This document shows positions 9,902 through 18,922 of a DNA stretch of 40,497 nucleotides, piece by piece. The notes under the pieces were generated by a model. It was not told the DNA's origin. It saw only the letters and a list, made by a program, of their open reading frames with translations, and did not search any database. The stretch covers positions 1-40,497 of the forward strand of contig DRHN01000450.1 of assembly GCA_011049595.1 (NCBI GenBank), in the 5' to 3' direction. Origin of the DNA: Spirochaetota bacterium (GTDB lineage Bacteria; Spirochaetota; B62-G9; DRHN01). The translations under genes were made by a program, and so were the position numbers. Position 1 is the stretch's first letter. Each line of letters opens with the position of its first letter.

Positions 9902-10547
9902 TTACCAGATTGCATATCCTCCATCCAGTACCAGAATATGACCCACCAGCATGGTCGTATCCGGGAGCAATGGCATTTACTATGACATTGTACTTAACCC
10001 ACTCGACAGCGAAGGCCTTTGTCATCATATTGACGGCAGCTTTTGATATACAATAAATGCAATTTTCTCTTCCACGGTTCACAACGAAGGATGACATCGA
10101 AGAATTATTAATAATCCTCCCCTTTTGCCGCTCAATCATGGTGAGGCCGACACTATGCGCGACAAGAAATGTCCCGTCCTGGTTAACTTTCATTATGTAA
10201 CGATAATCCTCAAAAGTGAAATCTTTAATCGGGCCCCTTTTTGTCACCCCGGCGTTGTTAAAAAGGATGTCAATCCTATCGAATGTATCGATCGACTTTT
10301 TTACCATTGCATTTACATCTTCAGGGCTGCTCACGTCTGCCTTAATAGCGATAAAAGTTGCTCCGGGGTGATTTGAGGCAAGCTCGTCTCTGACCTTTGT
10401 AACGGTCTCATTGTTCCAGTCCACCAGAATTACATGAGCGCCCGACTTCGCAAAAGCTCTTGCGGTAACCTCACCGATGCCCTGTCCGGCACCGGTAATG
10501 AGCACAACTTCATCGGTAAAATCATAGACTATTTTTTGCTTTCCCAA
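9902..10547 (-). pseudogene. SDR oxidoreductase (polyol/gluconate dehydrogenase-like) with internal deletion and frameshift
   Basis: TGAGQGIG, NNAG, YCISK and NAIAPGY are intact. The sequence then jumps to TMLVGHILVLDGGYAIW* in another frame (stop 9902-9904). About 45 codons are missing relative to the neighbouring SDR. Confidence 0.85.
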
Positions 10548-10583
10548 TTTAAAATACCTCCTAATGAAAAATAAATATCCCTA

Positions 10584-11621
10584 TTAAATCTCCGGTTTGA
10601 CTATAATTTTCAAGGCCTTTTTCTGCTTCAATTTTTCAAACGCGGGCAGCCAGTCTGAAAAAGGTACCACTTCTGAAATCAAGTTGTCCCATTTTCCCTT
10701 ACCGGTGGCATACAGCTCGATTGCTTTCTCCCACGCCGACCATTTGTGAGCATAGGCACCAAATACTTTTATTTCTTTAAAAATAATAGGGTCCATATTT
10801 ATGCTGATCCTGTCTTTAAAAAGACCTATTTGTGTATACTTACCCTCTCGCTTTAAAAGACCCACTCCTAAATCGACTGCTTCCTCTGCTCCCGAACATT
10901 CAAGAAAAACATCAACCCCGTCCGGACCCGTGAGATCACGAACAACCTGAACAGGGTCCTCTTCAGCCAGGTTTATTGTTCTTTCCATTCCCAGATCGCG
11001 GCTGATTTTCAACCTGAGGGCATCATCTCCCGTGCCGATAACAACAACCCTGGCTCCGGCTGTTTTTGCGATTAATGCTGATATCAACCCAATAGGTCCC
11101 GGGCCGGTTACCAGTACCCAGTTGTTTACAACAATACCTGTTACTTCGATAACACAATGGTAACAGCCGGCAATTGGCTCGATTATCGGGGCATTATCTA
11201 AATTTATCGAAACTGGCAATTTATGAATCCTTTTTGCGGGGACAACAACAAAAGGAGCAAAAACACCATTTTCCCAATAGCCGATTACATGACGGTCCTC
11301 GCAGAGCTGATCTGATCCATGCCTGCATGACCAGCACTGCCCGCATGATGAAAAAGTAGTCTCCGATAACACACGGTCACCAATCTTCAAATGTTTTACC
11401 CCCTCACCAAGCTCAACAATAGTCCCGGCAAATTCATGACCGATAACAACCGGGTACTTCATTGCTATCCCTATTTTATCGTAATATATGTGAAGATCGG
11501 AACCGCATATACCGGTAGCATGAACTGCCACCTTGACCTGTTCATAACCGGGTGATGGTTCGGGCACATCTCTTATTTCCATGTTATACGGTCCGGGAGA
11601 GTATTTAACAAGGGCTTTCAT
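10584..11621 (-). CDS. Zn-dependent MDR sugar-alcohol dehydrogenase (sorbitol/iditol dehydrogenase-like)
   Basis: GICGSDLH, GHEFAG, CGQCWSC..C and GPGPIG motifs; GGAGG RBS. Confidence 0.9.
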   Translation of the reverse strand: MKALVKYSPGPYNMEIRDVPEPSPGYEQVKVAVHATGICGSDLHIYYDKIGIAMKYPVVIGHEFAGTIVELGEGVKHLKIGDRVLSETTFSSCGQCWSCRHGSDQLCEDRHVIGYWENGVFAPFVVVPAKRIHKLPVSINLDNAPIIEPIAGCYHCVIEVTGIVVNNWVLVTGPGPIGLISALIAKTAGARVVVIGTGDDALRLKISRDLGMERTINLAEEDPVQVVRDLTGPDGVDVFLECSGAEEAVDLGVGLLKREGKYTQIGLFKDRISINMDPIIFKEIKVFGAYAHKWSAWEKAIELYATGKGKWDNLISEVVPFSDWLPAFEKLKQKKALKIIVKPEI

Positions 11622-11744
11622 TCGATAATCCTCCGTGTAATAATTTATTGTTGATAGAAAATGTTAACGAGAAATTGCTTTAATAAATCCAATCAGTATT
11701 ACTATCTTGAAAAATTAATAGCGGTTGTATTTGCTGTAATAAAA

Positions 11745-11760
11745 TGCAATAATTATGCCA
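11745..11760 (-). promoter_or_regulatory. Sigma-54 (-24/-12) promoter
   Basis: Minus strand TGGCA-TAATTA-TTGCA has canonical GG-N10-GC spacing. It lies about 125 nt upstream of the 11621 start and next to a bEBP gene. Confidence 0.88.
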
Positions 11761-11872
11761 ATCTGAATTTATCATTTTATATTCTTAATTGACATTAATT
11801 TGCTAAAAATTCTAAAATTCAGAGGTGCGGAAAACTCGATACGGTTAATTTTATTTATTTTGCAATTTGACA

Positions 11873-11889
11873 TGTTTCAATATGAAACA
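11873..11889. promoter_or_regulatory. Palindromic upstream activator site (bEBP enhancer), copy 1
   Basis: Perfect TGTTTCA-ATA-TGAAACA inverted repeat about 113 nt upstream of the sigma-54 promoter. Confidence 0.78.
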
Positions 11890-11950
11890 ATAGCTGCCTT
11901 TTACTCGATAATCCGGGACAGGATTTTATTATTAAGTTGAAAAATAGAAT

Positions 11951-11967
11951 TGTTTCAATATGAAAAT
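11951..11967. promoter_or_regulatory. Upstream activator site, copy 2
   Basis: TGTTTCAATATGAAAAT, 15/17 identical to copy 1. Confidence 0.7.
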
Positions 11968-12013
11968 TACAAAACATACTGTTCCAAATCGACATTTGCG
12001 GGTGACACTCAGG

Positions 12014-13954
12014 TTAGTTGTTGTTTATTTTTCTCCATAATGTTGTTCGGCCGATACCGAGTTTTTCAGCGGCAGCCGTTTTATTACCATTTTCTTTTTG
12101 AATCACTTTTTCAATTATTGTTCGCTCGATATCTTCCAGACTACCCATTAAAGGAATCCTTATACTCTTTTGAGGCGTATCAAAACCGTATCCGTCATCA
12201 ATGCCTAAGATTAATTTGCTGCCCGGCAACGATTTTAAAACAAACTTTACATTTTTGGCAGTTATGTAACCTTCCTTTGTTTTTACCATAAGTCTTTCAA
12301 TTATATTTTCCAGTTGTCTGATATTACCCGGCCAATTGTAATTCATTAACAGCTGCGTCCCCTCTTTGGAAATGCCTTCAATAACAATCTTAAATTTATG
12401 TGTGTATTTCCTGACAAAATAGTTTGCCAATAATGGTATATCAATTTTGCGCGCGCGGAGAGGTGGAAGGTTTATGTTTAACACATTGATTCTATAGTAA
12501 AGATCTTCTCTAAATGTATTACATTCAATCAGAGAATAAAGGTCTTTGTTCGTTGATGCTACTACCCGGACATCTACGTGAGTCAATTTATTGTCTCCCA
12601 GCCTCCTTACCTTTCGCTCCTGAATAACACGAAGCAGCCGGGATTGTAAATTAATCGAAATTTCACCAATTTCATCAAGAAATATTGTGCCCTCATGCGC
12701 CTGTTCAAAAAGACCCATTTTACCTTTTTTATTTGCCCCTGTAAAAGCTCCTTCCACATACCCGAAAAGCTCGCTTTCAAGAAGGTTTTCCGGAAGGGCC
12801 GCGCAATTTACCGCCACAAAAGGTTTATTCTTTCTCAGACTCACATTGTGAATCGCCTGAGCAAATAATTCTTTTCCGGTTCCAGTTTCACCATATATCA
12901 GTATGGGAGAATCTACCTGAGCGTAATTCCTGGCCTCCTCCTTTATATATAATATCACTTCGCTTTCCCCGATGATGTCATCGAAACTATTCTCTGCTGT
13001 ATGCCCCTTTAAATATAACTCCTCCCTTATCTTTTGCTCCACCTTCTGTATTTGAGAGACTTTTTGGAATGTAACTATTACTTTGACTATTTCTTTGTTG
13101 ATAATGATTGGAATAACATTAGCCACAATTTTTATACCATCTATTGCCCAGACCTTGCCTTTTGACGTACAGCCGTTTTGAACGGTATTCAACAGATCCA
13201 TACCTGGAAGAACTTCCCCAATGTTTTTTCCAATAACTTTATAAGCTTCCTTGTTAAAAATTTCTTCCGCCCTCGGATTAAAAGTATCAATAACGCCCGC
13301 CCGGTTAATGCTGATAATGCCTTCATAAGCGTAATCTATAATGGTCTTTACCCGTTTCGCCTTTTCGCTTTCCTGCCTTTTAACCTTCAGGACCCGCTCG
13401 GCTTCAAAAAGAGCCTGTATAAGAGCTTCTTTCCCTGATCTGATCAGCAGAGCATTCAATCCTAATTCTTTGGCTGTTTTAACAGAAATAGTATCCCCAA
13501 CAACCCAATTAATACCCATCTTCTTAATATCTTCAAGTTTGGTTTTAATACTGTCTGTATGATGGAAACAATCAAAGTCCAGCGTTATGACATTGAGCTC
13601 AATATTAAAAATATCTCCCAGGTCTTTGATTCCATCTGTGAACGGATTAAAACCAACGATTGCAATTTTATCTGTATGCTCTTTGGCCTGCTGCAGCACA
13701 CGTATCAAATCAAACCCGCTGACCTGTATTTCAACCACAGAAAGATTTATCAGCTCCCCTTTCATCGCTGCGGCAGTTCCCCCTCTGCTTATAACAACAT
13801 CAAAGCCCTTCTCTTCAAGCTCTACCGCTTTTCGAACTCCTTCATCGAGATCTCCTATCTCAATGTGAATGTCTTTTTTAAGTTCTCTGCACACATCATC
13901 AAACAATTCAGCCAATTTTTTATACGGCGCAATAAAAGCTATCGGCTTTGTCAT
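12014..13954 (-). CDS. Sigma-54-dependent activator (PrpR_N + PAS + AAA+ + Fis HTH)
   Basis: N-terminal VVISRGGTA (PrpR_N type), PAS segment, GETGTGKE, ESELFGY..GAFTGA, FLDEIGE, WPGNIRQL and C-terminal LGIGRTTLWRK. Confidence 0.93.
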   Translation of the reverse strand: MTKPIAFIAPYKKLAELFDDVCRELKKDIHIEIGDLDEGVRKAVELEEKGFDVVISRGGTAAAMKGELINLSVVEIQVSGFDLIRVLQQAKEHTDKIAIVGFNPFTDGIKDLGDIFNIELNVITLDFDCFHHTDSIKTKLEDIKKMGINWVVGDTISVKTAKELGLNALLIRSGKEALIQALFEAERVLKVKRQESEKAKRVKTIIDYAYEGIISINRAGVIDTFNPRAEEIFNKEAYKVIGKNIGEVLPGMDLLNTVQNGCTSKGKVWAIDGIKIVANVIPIIINKEIVKVIVTFQKVSQIQKVEQKIREELYLKGHTAENSFDDIIGESEVILYIKEEARNYAQVDSPILIYGETGTGKELFAQAIHNVSLRKNKPFVAVNCAALPENLLESELFGYVEGAFTGANKKGKMGLFEQAHEGTIFLDEIGEISINLQSRLLRVIQERKVRRLGDNKLTHVDVRVVASTNKDLYSLIECNTFREDLYYRINVLNINLPPLRARKIDIPLLANYFVRKYTHKFKIVIEGISKEGTQLLMNYNWPGNIRQLENIIERLMVKTKEGYITAKNVKFVLKSLPGSKLILGIDDGYGFDTPQKSIRIPLMGSLEDIERTIIEKVIQKENGNKTAAAEKLGIGRTTLWRKINNN

Positions 13955-14017
13955 GGATGCCCCCCTTAGCAGTAGTTACTTATATTATAAATACTGTTTT
14001 TATTATCAGTATTTCTA

Positions 14018-14233
14018 TTAGCTGTATGAAATAACATATCTCACTGCATCTTTTATTTCATCAACCTGAGGTATTGACGCATTTTCAAGCGATGCAGAAT
14101 AAGGGACAGGGACATCCGCACCCCCTACAATACCGCTTCTGAACAACAGGGTTGCTTTTTCTTCGAAGAACCTTATTTTAAGCATCATTTCATACATTTC
14201 AATCATTTTGCTCTCGGGTAATATTTTTTCCAT
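14018..14233 (-). pseudogene. Remnant of an E1 alpha + E1 beta gene pair (alpha N-terminus fused in frame to beta C-terminus)
   Basis: MYEMMLKIRFFEEK..LFRSGIVGG matches an E1 alpha start. VGGADVPVPYSASLENASIPQVDEIKDAV matches an E1 beta end. Confidence 0.85.
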
Positions 14234-14319
14234 TTTCTACAGAGTCTCCAATAAAAATCATTTGGAAAACAGGAGAAACCAGTGCATGAGGGTCGCTGTT
14301 AACATTAAAAGGAACGATA

Positions 14320-14607
14320 TCAGTTTTTCCTTTTCATGCCGGTGAGAGCCTCAAAATCATACTCTTCACCCGGCTCACCTATAATCCCCATCGGTGCGCC
14401 GACAGGAAAAACCTGCTCCGGTTCTGCTATTTTTTCTAAAAGCACACCTTCATATAAGGATTCAATATCCAGTATCGATTTTTCAGTTTCGATCTGAAAT
14501 AGAGGTTCTTCAACCTCTACTTCTTCTCCGACTTCTTTTAGCCAACCTACAAATATATTCTCAGTTGTCATTATATCTGAACGCGGCATTACAACAACCT
14601 TAGCCAT
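14320..14607 (-). CDS. Stand-alone lipoyl/biotinyl-attachment domain protein
   Basis: MP...W.K..GE.V...EPL..IETEKS...IES...GVL lipoyl pattern. It stops after a short tail, and no E2 remnant was seen downstream. Confidence 0.85.
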   Translation of the reverse strand: MAKVVVMPRSDIMTTENIFVGWLKEVGEEVEVEEPLFQIETEKSILDIESLYEGVLLEKIAEPEQVFPVGAPMGIIGEPGEEYDFEALTGMKRKN

Positions 14608-14723
14608 AATTTATAATTCCTTTCACAATAGGCAATAATTTCTATCCTGCATAGTCATTTAAAATTACCAACAACCAGTAGTATTATTAAAACGAAGGTT
14701 AATCCAACGCAAACACGACGGAG

Positions 14724-15755
14724 TTACTTTTTTGATTGTTCATTCTCAAGCTCCTCCATTTTTACAGTAGTGAGAACTCTTCGCCGCGCGGTGTATACAG
14801 CAAATGACACTGCCACAATAAGCATTGACCCGTTAAACAACGGCTCCACAAAGAACTCGGCTCCCATCTGCTGAAGACCTGAAACAGCAACGGCAAGCAT
14901 CAGCACCGCGACCACAGTACCCCCGACATTCATCCTGCCGGGACGGATCGATGTGGCACCCAACAGCGCCCCTGTAAAAGCGGGCAGCAGGTAATTCGGA
15001 CCCGTAGATATCTGACCCACACGCAGCTGAGACGCAAGAATAACCCCCGCGATACTAACAATAACAGATGAGATGATGAAAGTGAGTGTAACGTATTTTA
15101 CCCTTGATATACCGACCAGTTCTGCGGCACGTGTATTTGCTCCAAGGGCGTAAAAATAGCGCCCCAACGGTAAATACTCATATACAAGCCACAGGATAGC
15201 TCCTATCACGATTACAAAAAAAATCGGGATCGGAATGCCAAAAACATTTAGACCGAGCTTCAAAAAACCTGCCGCAAGGTCCTTTCCCAGCACCTGCGCA
15301 CCTCCGGTAACCCAGAATCCGATACCGTACAGGATAGTCCCGCTTCCAAGCGTCGCGATAAAGGCATGTATACCCACACGGGTTATCAGTGTTCCGTTAA
15401 TAAAACCATAAACAGCTCCCATGGCGATCATAATAACAACAATGACTCCCCAGGGTAATGCCGTAACATTCTGAAGTGATATCATTACGATATGCACCAG
15501 TCCAACGAGATAGCCGACTGATAAATCAAAATTATCCGTTGATAACGGCACCATCTCTGCAAGAGCGAGCAATAAAACAACTGACTGGGTATTCAGCATG
15601 GTGCGGAGGTTGAAAGCAGTTGGAAATGTATCAGGCATGAGAGCGGAAAATACAACAATAAGAGTGCCTAAAAATACTGCCAGCCCGTAATTAGAAAAAA
15701 ACTGCAGGATTGATTGTGAAGCCGTTTTCTTCAACTGTCCTGAAGACTTTTCCAT
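14724..15755 (-). CDS. Sugar ABC transporter permease (RbsC family)
   Basis: FDLSVG, AFIATLG, GRYFYALGAN..AA.LVG and LLGATS motifs; multiple hydrophobic segments. ATG 15755 after GAGGA. Confidence 0.92.
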   Translation of the reverse strand: MEKSSGQLKKTASQSILQFFSNYGLAVFLGTLIVVFSALMPDTFPTAFNLRTMLNTQSVVLLLALAEMVPLSTDNFDLSVGYLVGLVHIVMISLQNVTALPWGVIVVIMIAMGAVYGFINGTLITRVGIHAFIATLGSGTILYGIGFWVTGGAQVLGKDLAAGFLKLGLNVFGIPIPIFFVIVIGAILWLVYEYLPLGRYFYALGANTRAAELVGISRVKYVTLTFIISSVIVSIAGVILASQLRVGQISTGPNYLLPAFTGALLGATSIRPGRMNVGGTVVAVLMLAVAVSGLQQMGAEFFVEPLFNGSMLIVAVSFAVYTARRRVLTTVKMEELENEQSKK

Positions 15756-15756
15756 C

Positions 15757-17325
15757 TTAATCCTCACATTGCACACTGTATTTTTGCCCGGTATGCTCAA
15801 TTAGTCCGGAGGCAATACCTGTAAGCTGCTCAATCGAAAGGTCTTTTTTTGATATCTCAGCAGTTACCAAACCGCGATTGAATACTATCGCGCGGTGACA
15901 GATCCCGGCAACTTCCTCAAAATCAGAGGAAATAAGCAAAACTCCTTTACCTTCATTTAACCCTTCTTCCATCAAAGCGTAAATATCAGCTTTGGCGCCC
16001 ACATCAACTCCGAAAGTCGGCTCTTCAAGAATCAGGATTTTACTCCCAGCCTCGAATAACCTGGCAAGTATCACTTTTTGCTGATTCCCACCGCTTAAAG
16101 TACTGACAATCCGTTCACCATCCATGGGTTTTACTGTAAAACGTTTGAGAGTTACCTCACATTTATCACGCTCTTCCTTTTTGTATATCGCCGACAATAC
16201 ATTCCGGTCATCGGATACAGGGTTTAAATAGATATTCTCCCGCACAAAAAGACTCTGCGCAAGACTCTCCTCGGCCCTTTTGCTCGAAAGAAAGCCGATC
16301 CCAGCTCTTCTTGCTTCCACCGGGTTCGTCACCTGTACAGATAACCCGTTTACAACAATATCTCCATAATACGCGTCCATAATTCCGAAAAGAGCACGAC
16401 CGACACCCTGATGGCCAGCTCCCCGCAGTCCAACAAGCCCTAAAATCTCGCCTGCTTTTAGCTCGAAAGAAACAGACTTCACGCATCCAACCCTCATGTT
16501 TTGGACCTTTAAAAGGACTTTCGCGGAAGGTGGAGGCGGTTCTATAAAAACCTCAGCTGGAGGTCTTCCTACGATCTTCAAGACAAGGTCGGCCGGCGGT
16601 GTATCTTTTACGAATGTTGTTGATACCTTCTTACCATTACGTAATACAGTCACCCGGTCAGCGATACGATATACTTCATCGAGACGGTGTGTAACATAGA
16701 TTACACCAACACCTCTTTCCCTAATCTGTTTTAAAAAATCGAACAATTTTGCCACATCGTTTTCCGGTAAAGTGGCAGTCGGCTCATCCAAAATGATAAG
16801 GCTCGCCTTTACAGCTAGAGCTCGAGAGATCGCGACAATCGATTTTTCAGCTGAAGATAGTTTCGAAATTTCGGTTTCGAAATCCACAGTGCTCCCCATC
16901 ATTTTTAATACATCCAACGCTCTTTGATTTGTCTCCTGCCAGGAAATAAAACCTTTACGCTTCTTGTAACCGAGGACAAGAGCAATGTTTTCAGCCACAG
17001 TCATGGACTCTATAAGACCAAGGTCCTGATGGATGAACGAAATGGGCAGTTCCTGCGTGTATAGCTGTATCTCTTCACCCTTTATCCAGGCCTTACCGGA
17101 ATCAGGCTCATACTCAGGAATACCCGCAAGTATTTTAATCAATGTAGATTTTCCCGCCCCATTTTCCCCGAGCAGTGCGTGTATTTCTCCCGGATAAACA
17201 TCAAAATCAACACCATCCAGAGCGCGTGTGCCTGTAAATGTCTTCGATAAACCACGTATCACTAAAAGGGGTACAGTCGAGGTATTTTGAGCCTCCTTCC
17301 CGTCCGGTTTTATGTCGGCCACCAT
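15757..17325 (-). CDS. Sugar ABC transporter ATP-binding protein (RbsA/MglA type, tandem NBD)
   Basis: GENGAGKST, LDEPT, LSGGNQQKV and EEPTFGVDVGAK motifs. The likely start is ATG 17325 after AGGAG. Confidence 0.93.
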   Translation of the reverse strand: MVADIKPDGKEAQNTSTVPLLVIRGLSKTFTGTRALDGVDFDVYPGEIHALLGENGAGKSTLIKILAGIPEYEPDSGKAWIKGEEIQLYTQELPISFIHQDLGLIESMTVAENIALVLGYKKRKGFISWQETNQRALDVLKMMGSTVDFETEISKLSSAEKSIVAISRALAVKASLIILDEPTATLPENDVAKLFDFLKQIRERGVGVIYVTHRLDEVYRIADRVTVLRNGKKVSTTFVKDTPPADLVLKIVGRPPAEVFIEPPPPSAKVLLKVQNMRVGCVKSVSFELKAGEILGLVGLRGAGHQGVGRALFGIMDAYYGDIVVNGLSVQVTNPVEARRAGIGFLSSKRAEESLAQSLFVRENIYLNPVSDDRNVLSAIYKKEERDKCEVTLKRFTVKPMDGERIVSTLSGGNQQKVILARLFEAGSKILILEEPTFGVDVGAKADIYALMEEGLNEGKGVLLISSDFEEVAGICHRAIVFNRGLVTAEISKKDLSIEQLTGIASGLIEHTGQKYSVQCED

Positions 17326-17400
17326 CTGATTCACACTCCTCGATTTCTTATTCTCCGGTTGGTTGAACATTGAAAGCCCGGATTGTGATCTACCAGGCAA

Positions 17401-17476
17401 TGTATAAAAATGTAAGATCTGAGCCCCCAATCTTCTATCATTGAAAACACAGGAACTCAGATCTTATTATTATACA
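17401..17476. repeat. Intergenic inverted repeat / stem-loop between the SBP and ATPase genes
   Basis: TAAGATCTGAG (17413-17423) and CTCAGATCTTA (17456-17466) are a perfect 11-bp IR, with outer arms TGTATAA/TTATACA. Confidence 0.7.
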
Positions 17477-17496
17477 CTTTTAAATATGGATGTCAA
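17469..17496 (-). promoter_or_regulatory. Consensus sigma-70 promoter internal to the ABC operon
   Basis: Minus strand TTGACA-N16-TATAAT; both hexamers are perfect. Confidence 0.7.
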
Positions 17497-17517
17497 TCTA
17501 TCAAGCAAATTACACGG

Positions 17518-18675
17518 TTATTTAACACCCCATATCTTTTTGTACCTGTCCTGGTAGCCGTTCTGAGGGATAAACTCATCATTAATGCCGCCTTCTTCAT
17601 CCACATTATCCGAATCTATACAGAACACAGGCTGGTGCCATGTATACACATCCTCACCATTGAAGTATCTGTTCATGGCGTCAAAAGTCTGATAGACAAA
17701 TAGGTCCCAGGGCTCAGGGATGGTAACAATCTGATATTCACCCTTTCGTATTCTGTCATATGCGCTTGGAGGTGCGTCCGACCCTAACAATATTACATCT
17801 TCCGTGGGAACTCCTCCCGAACGCAGAGAGGAAACCATAAAATCATAGTAGTAGTCTGCAATAGTCATTACATAGAATGGTTTCGGGTGTTCCTGTACCC
17901 ATTTCACGCCGATTTGCGGCATCTGCGTTGGAACTTCAGCTATGGGATAGTTCGCGTACTCAAGCAGTTCAACGCTGCTGACCTCAATAAACCGGTCTCG
18001 CATTGCTTCGGCTTTCGCGCGGGCAATCGCGTATAGAGCGTCATAGAGGACTATGGCCTTGCCCCTTCCGTTTGAATGCGCGATGATGTAATCGGCCAGC
18101 GCCGCTCCAATATCTCCAGGTCTTGTAGTGCTGTTGTACAACAGCCCGTATTCAGGAACAGGACCCGGAATGTGCAACGCGTGCATTCCGGTTACAGCGA
18201 TACCTTTATCATTCGCTTCCTGGATTGGAACCTGTAAAACTTCAGCATTAGCATCAATGAGAATTCCGTCGGGTTTCATGGAAATTGCCTGATTGAATCC
18301 CGCTATCCAGCTATCAACCGTACCTTTACCGTCTATACTTACAACTCTCCACCCGATTTCCTCCCCCAGCCGTTCAGCATAATCTGCCATTACTTTCACA
18401 ATATGGTTCTGAAAATTGGAACCGAGAAAAACAATAAACTTATCGGGAGCAAGTTTTGGCCCGGATGTCGGCCCAACCCACTCGGTCTGCGGGCCCTTTC
18501 GTTCATCTGTCAGCTCAATTGCCCTTTTGACCAGGGCCCTGTCTTCAGCCGAGAGCTCGGCGAGAGGAGCCCCCGTCACCGTATCAGCCGTTTCCTCCTT
18601 TTCTGAAGCGAAAGCCGGCACAATAAATGCCAAACATACAACTAATACCAGACAAAACAGTATCGGTTTTTTCAT
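17518..18675 (-). CDS. Sugar ABC transporter substrate-binding protein (periplasmic binding protein type 1)
   Basis: Signal peptide MKKPILFC...PAFA/SEKEE; IGWRVVSIDGKG, KPDGILI and AYDRIRKG..IVTIPEP. GGAGG RBS before ATG 18675. Confidence 0.88.
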   Translation of the reverse strand: MKKPILFCLVLVVCLAFIVPAFASEKEETADTVTGAPLAELSAEDRALVKRAIELTDERKGPQTEWVGPTSGPKLAPDKFIVFLGSNFQNHIVKVMADYAERLGEEIGWRVVSIDGKGTVDSWIAGFNQAISMKPDGILIDANAEVLQVPIQEANDKGIAVTGMHALHIPGPVPEYGLLYNSTTRPGDIGAALADYIIAHSNGRGKAIVLYDALYAIARAKAEAMRDRFIEVSSVELLEYANYPIAEVPTQMPQIGVKWVQEHPKPFYVMTIADYYYDFMVSSLRSGGVPTEDVILLGSDAPPSAYDRIRKGEYQIVTIPEPWDLFVYQTFDAMNRYFNGEDVYTWHQPVFCIDSDNVDEEGGINDEFIPQNGYQDRYKKIWGVK

Positions 18676-18922
18676 CTTTTCCTCCACTTAAATTATTGAG
18701 ATTAAAATTAAGAACATTTAAAAAATTTTTATACCCACCTGCTTCACGGTCGGCAAATTCTTGCAAAATACAGCATACTTTATTATTCAGTATACCTTTT
18801 CACAATACCGAAAAACTAGAACCATCGTTGATCATTTGTTCATAAAATATCCCACTATCGTAATTCTATTTTTCAAAAAAGCATTTTACTCACCTCCTTT
18901 TTATAATTAGTACCTGCCTTCT

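Noticed and set aside
13989-14014. AAATACTG/CAGTATTT hairpin upstream of the activator
   Set aside because: Weak AT-rich 8-bp stem; cannot distinguish terminator, operator or chance.
14234-14319. Lipoyl gene as a truncated E2 with downstream remnant
   Set aside because: No E2 binding or catalytic motifs are seen in the short spacer, and a second lipoyl-only gene exists. Not fully excluded given the local deletions.
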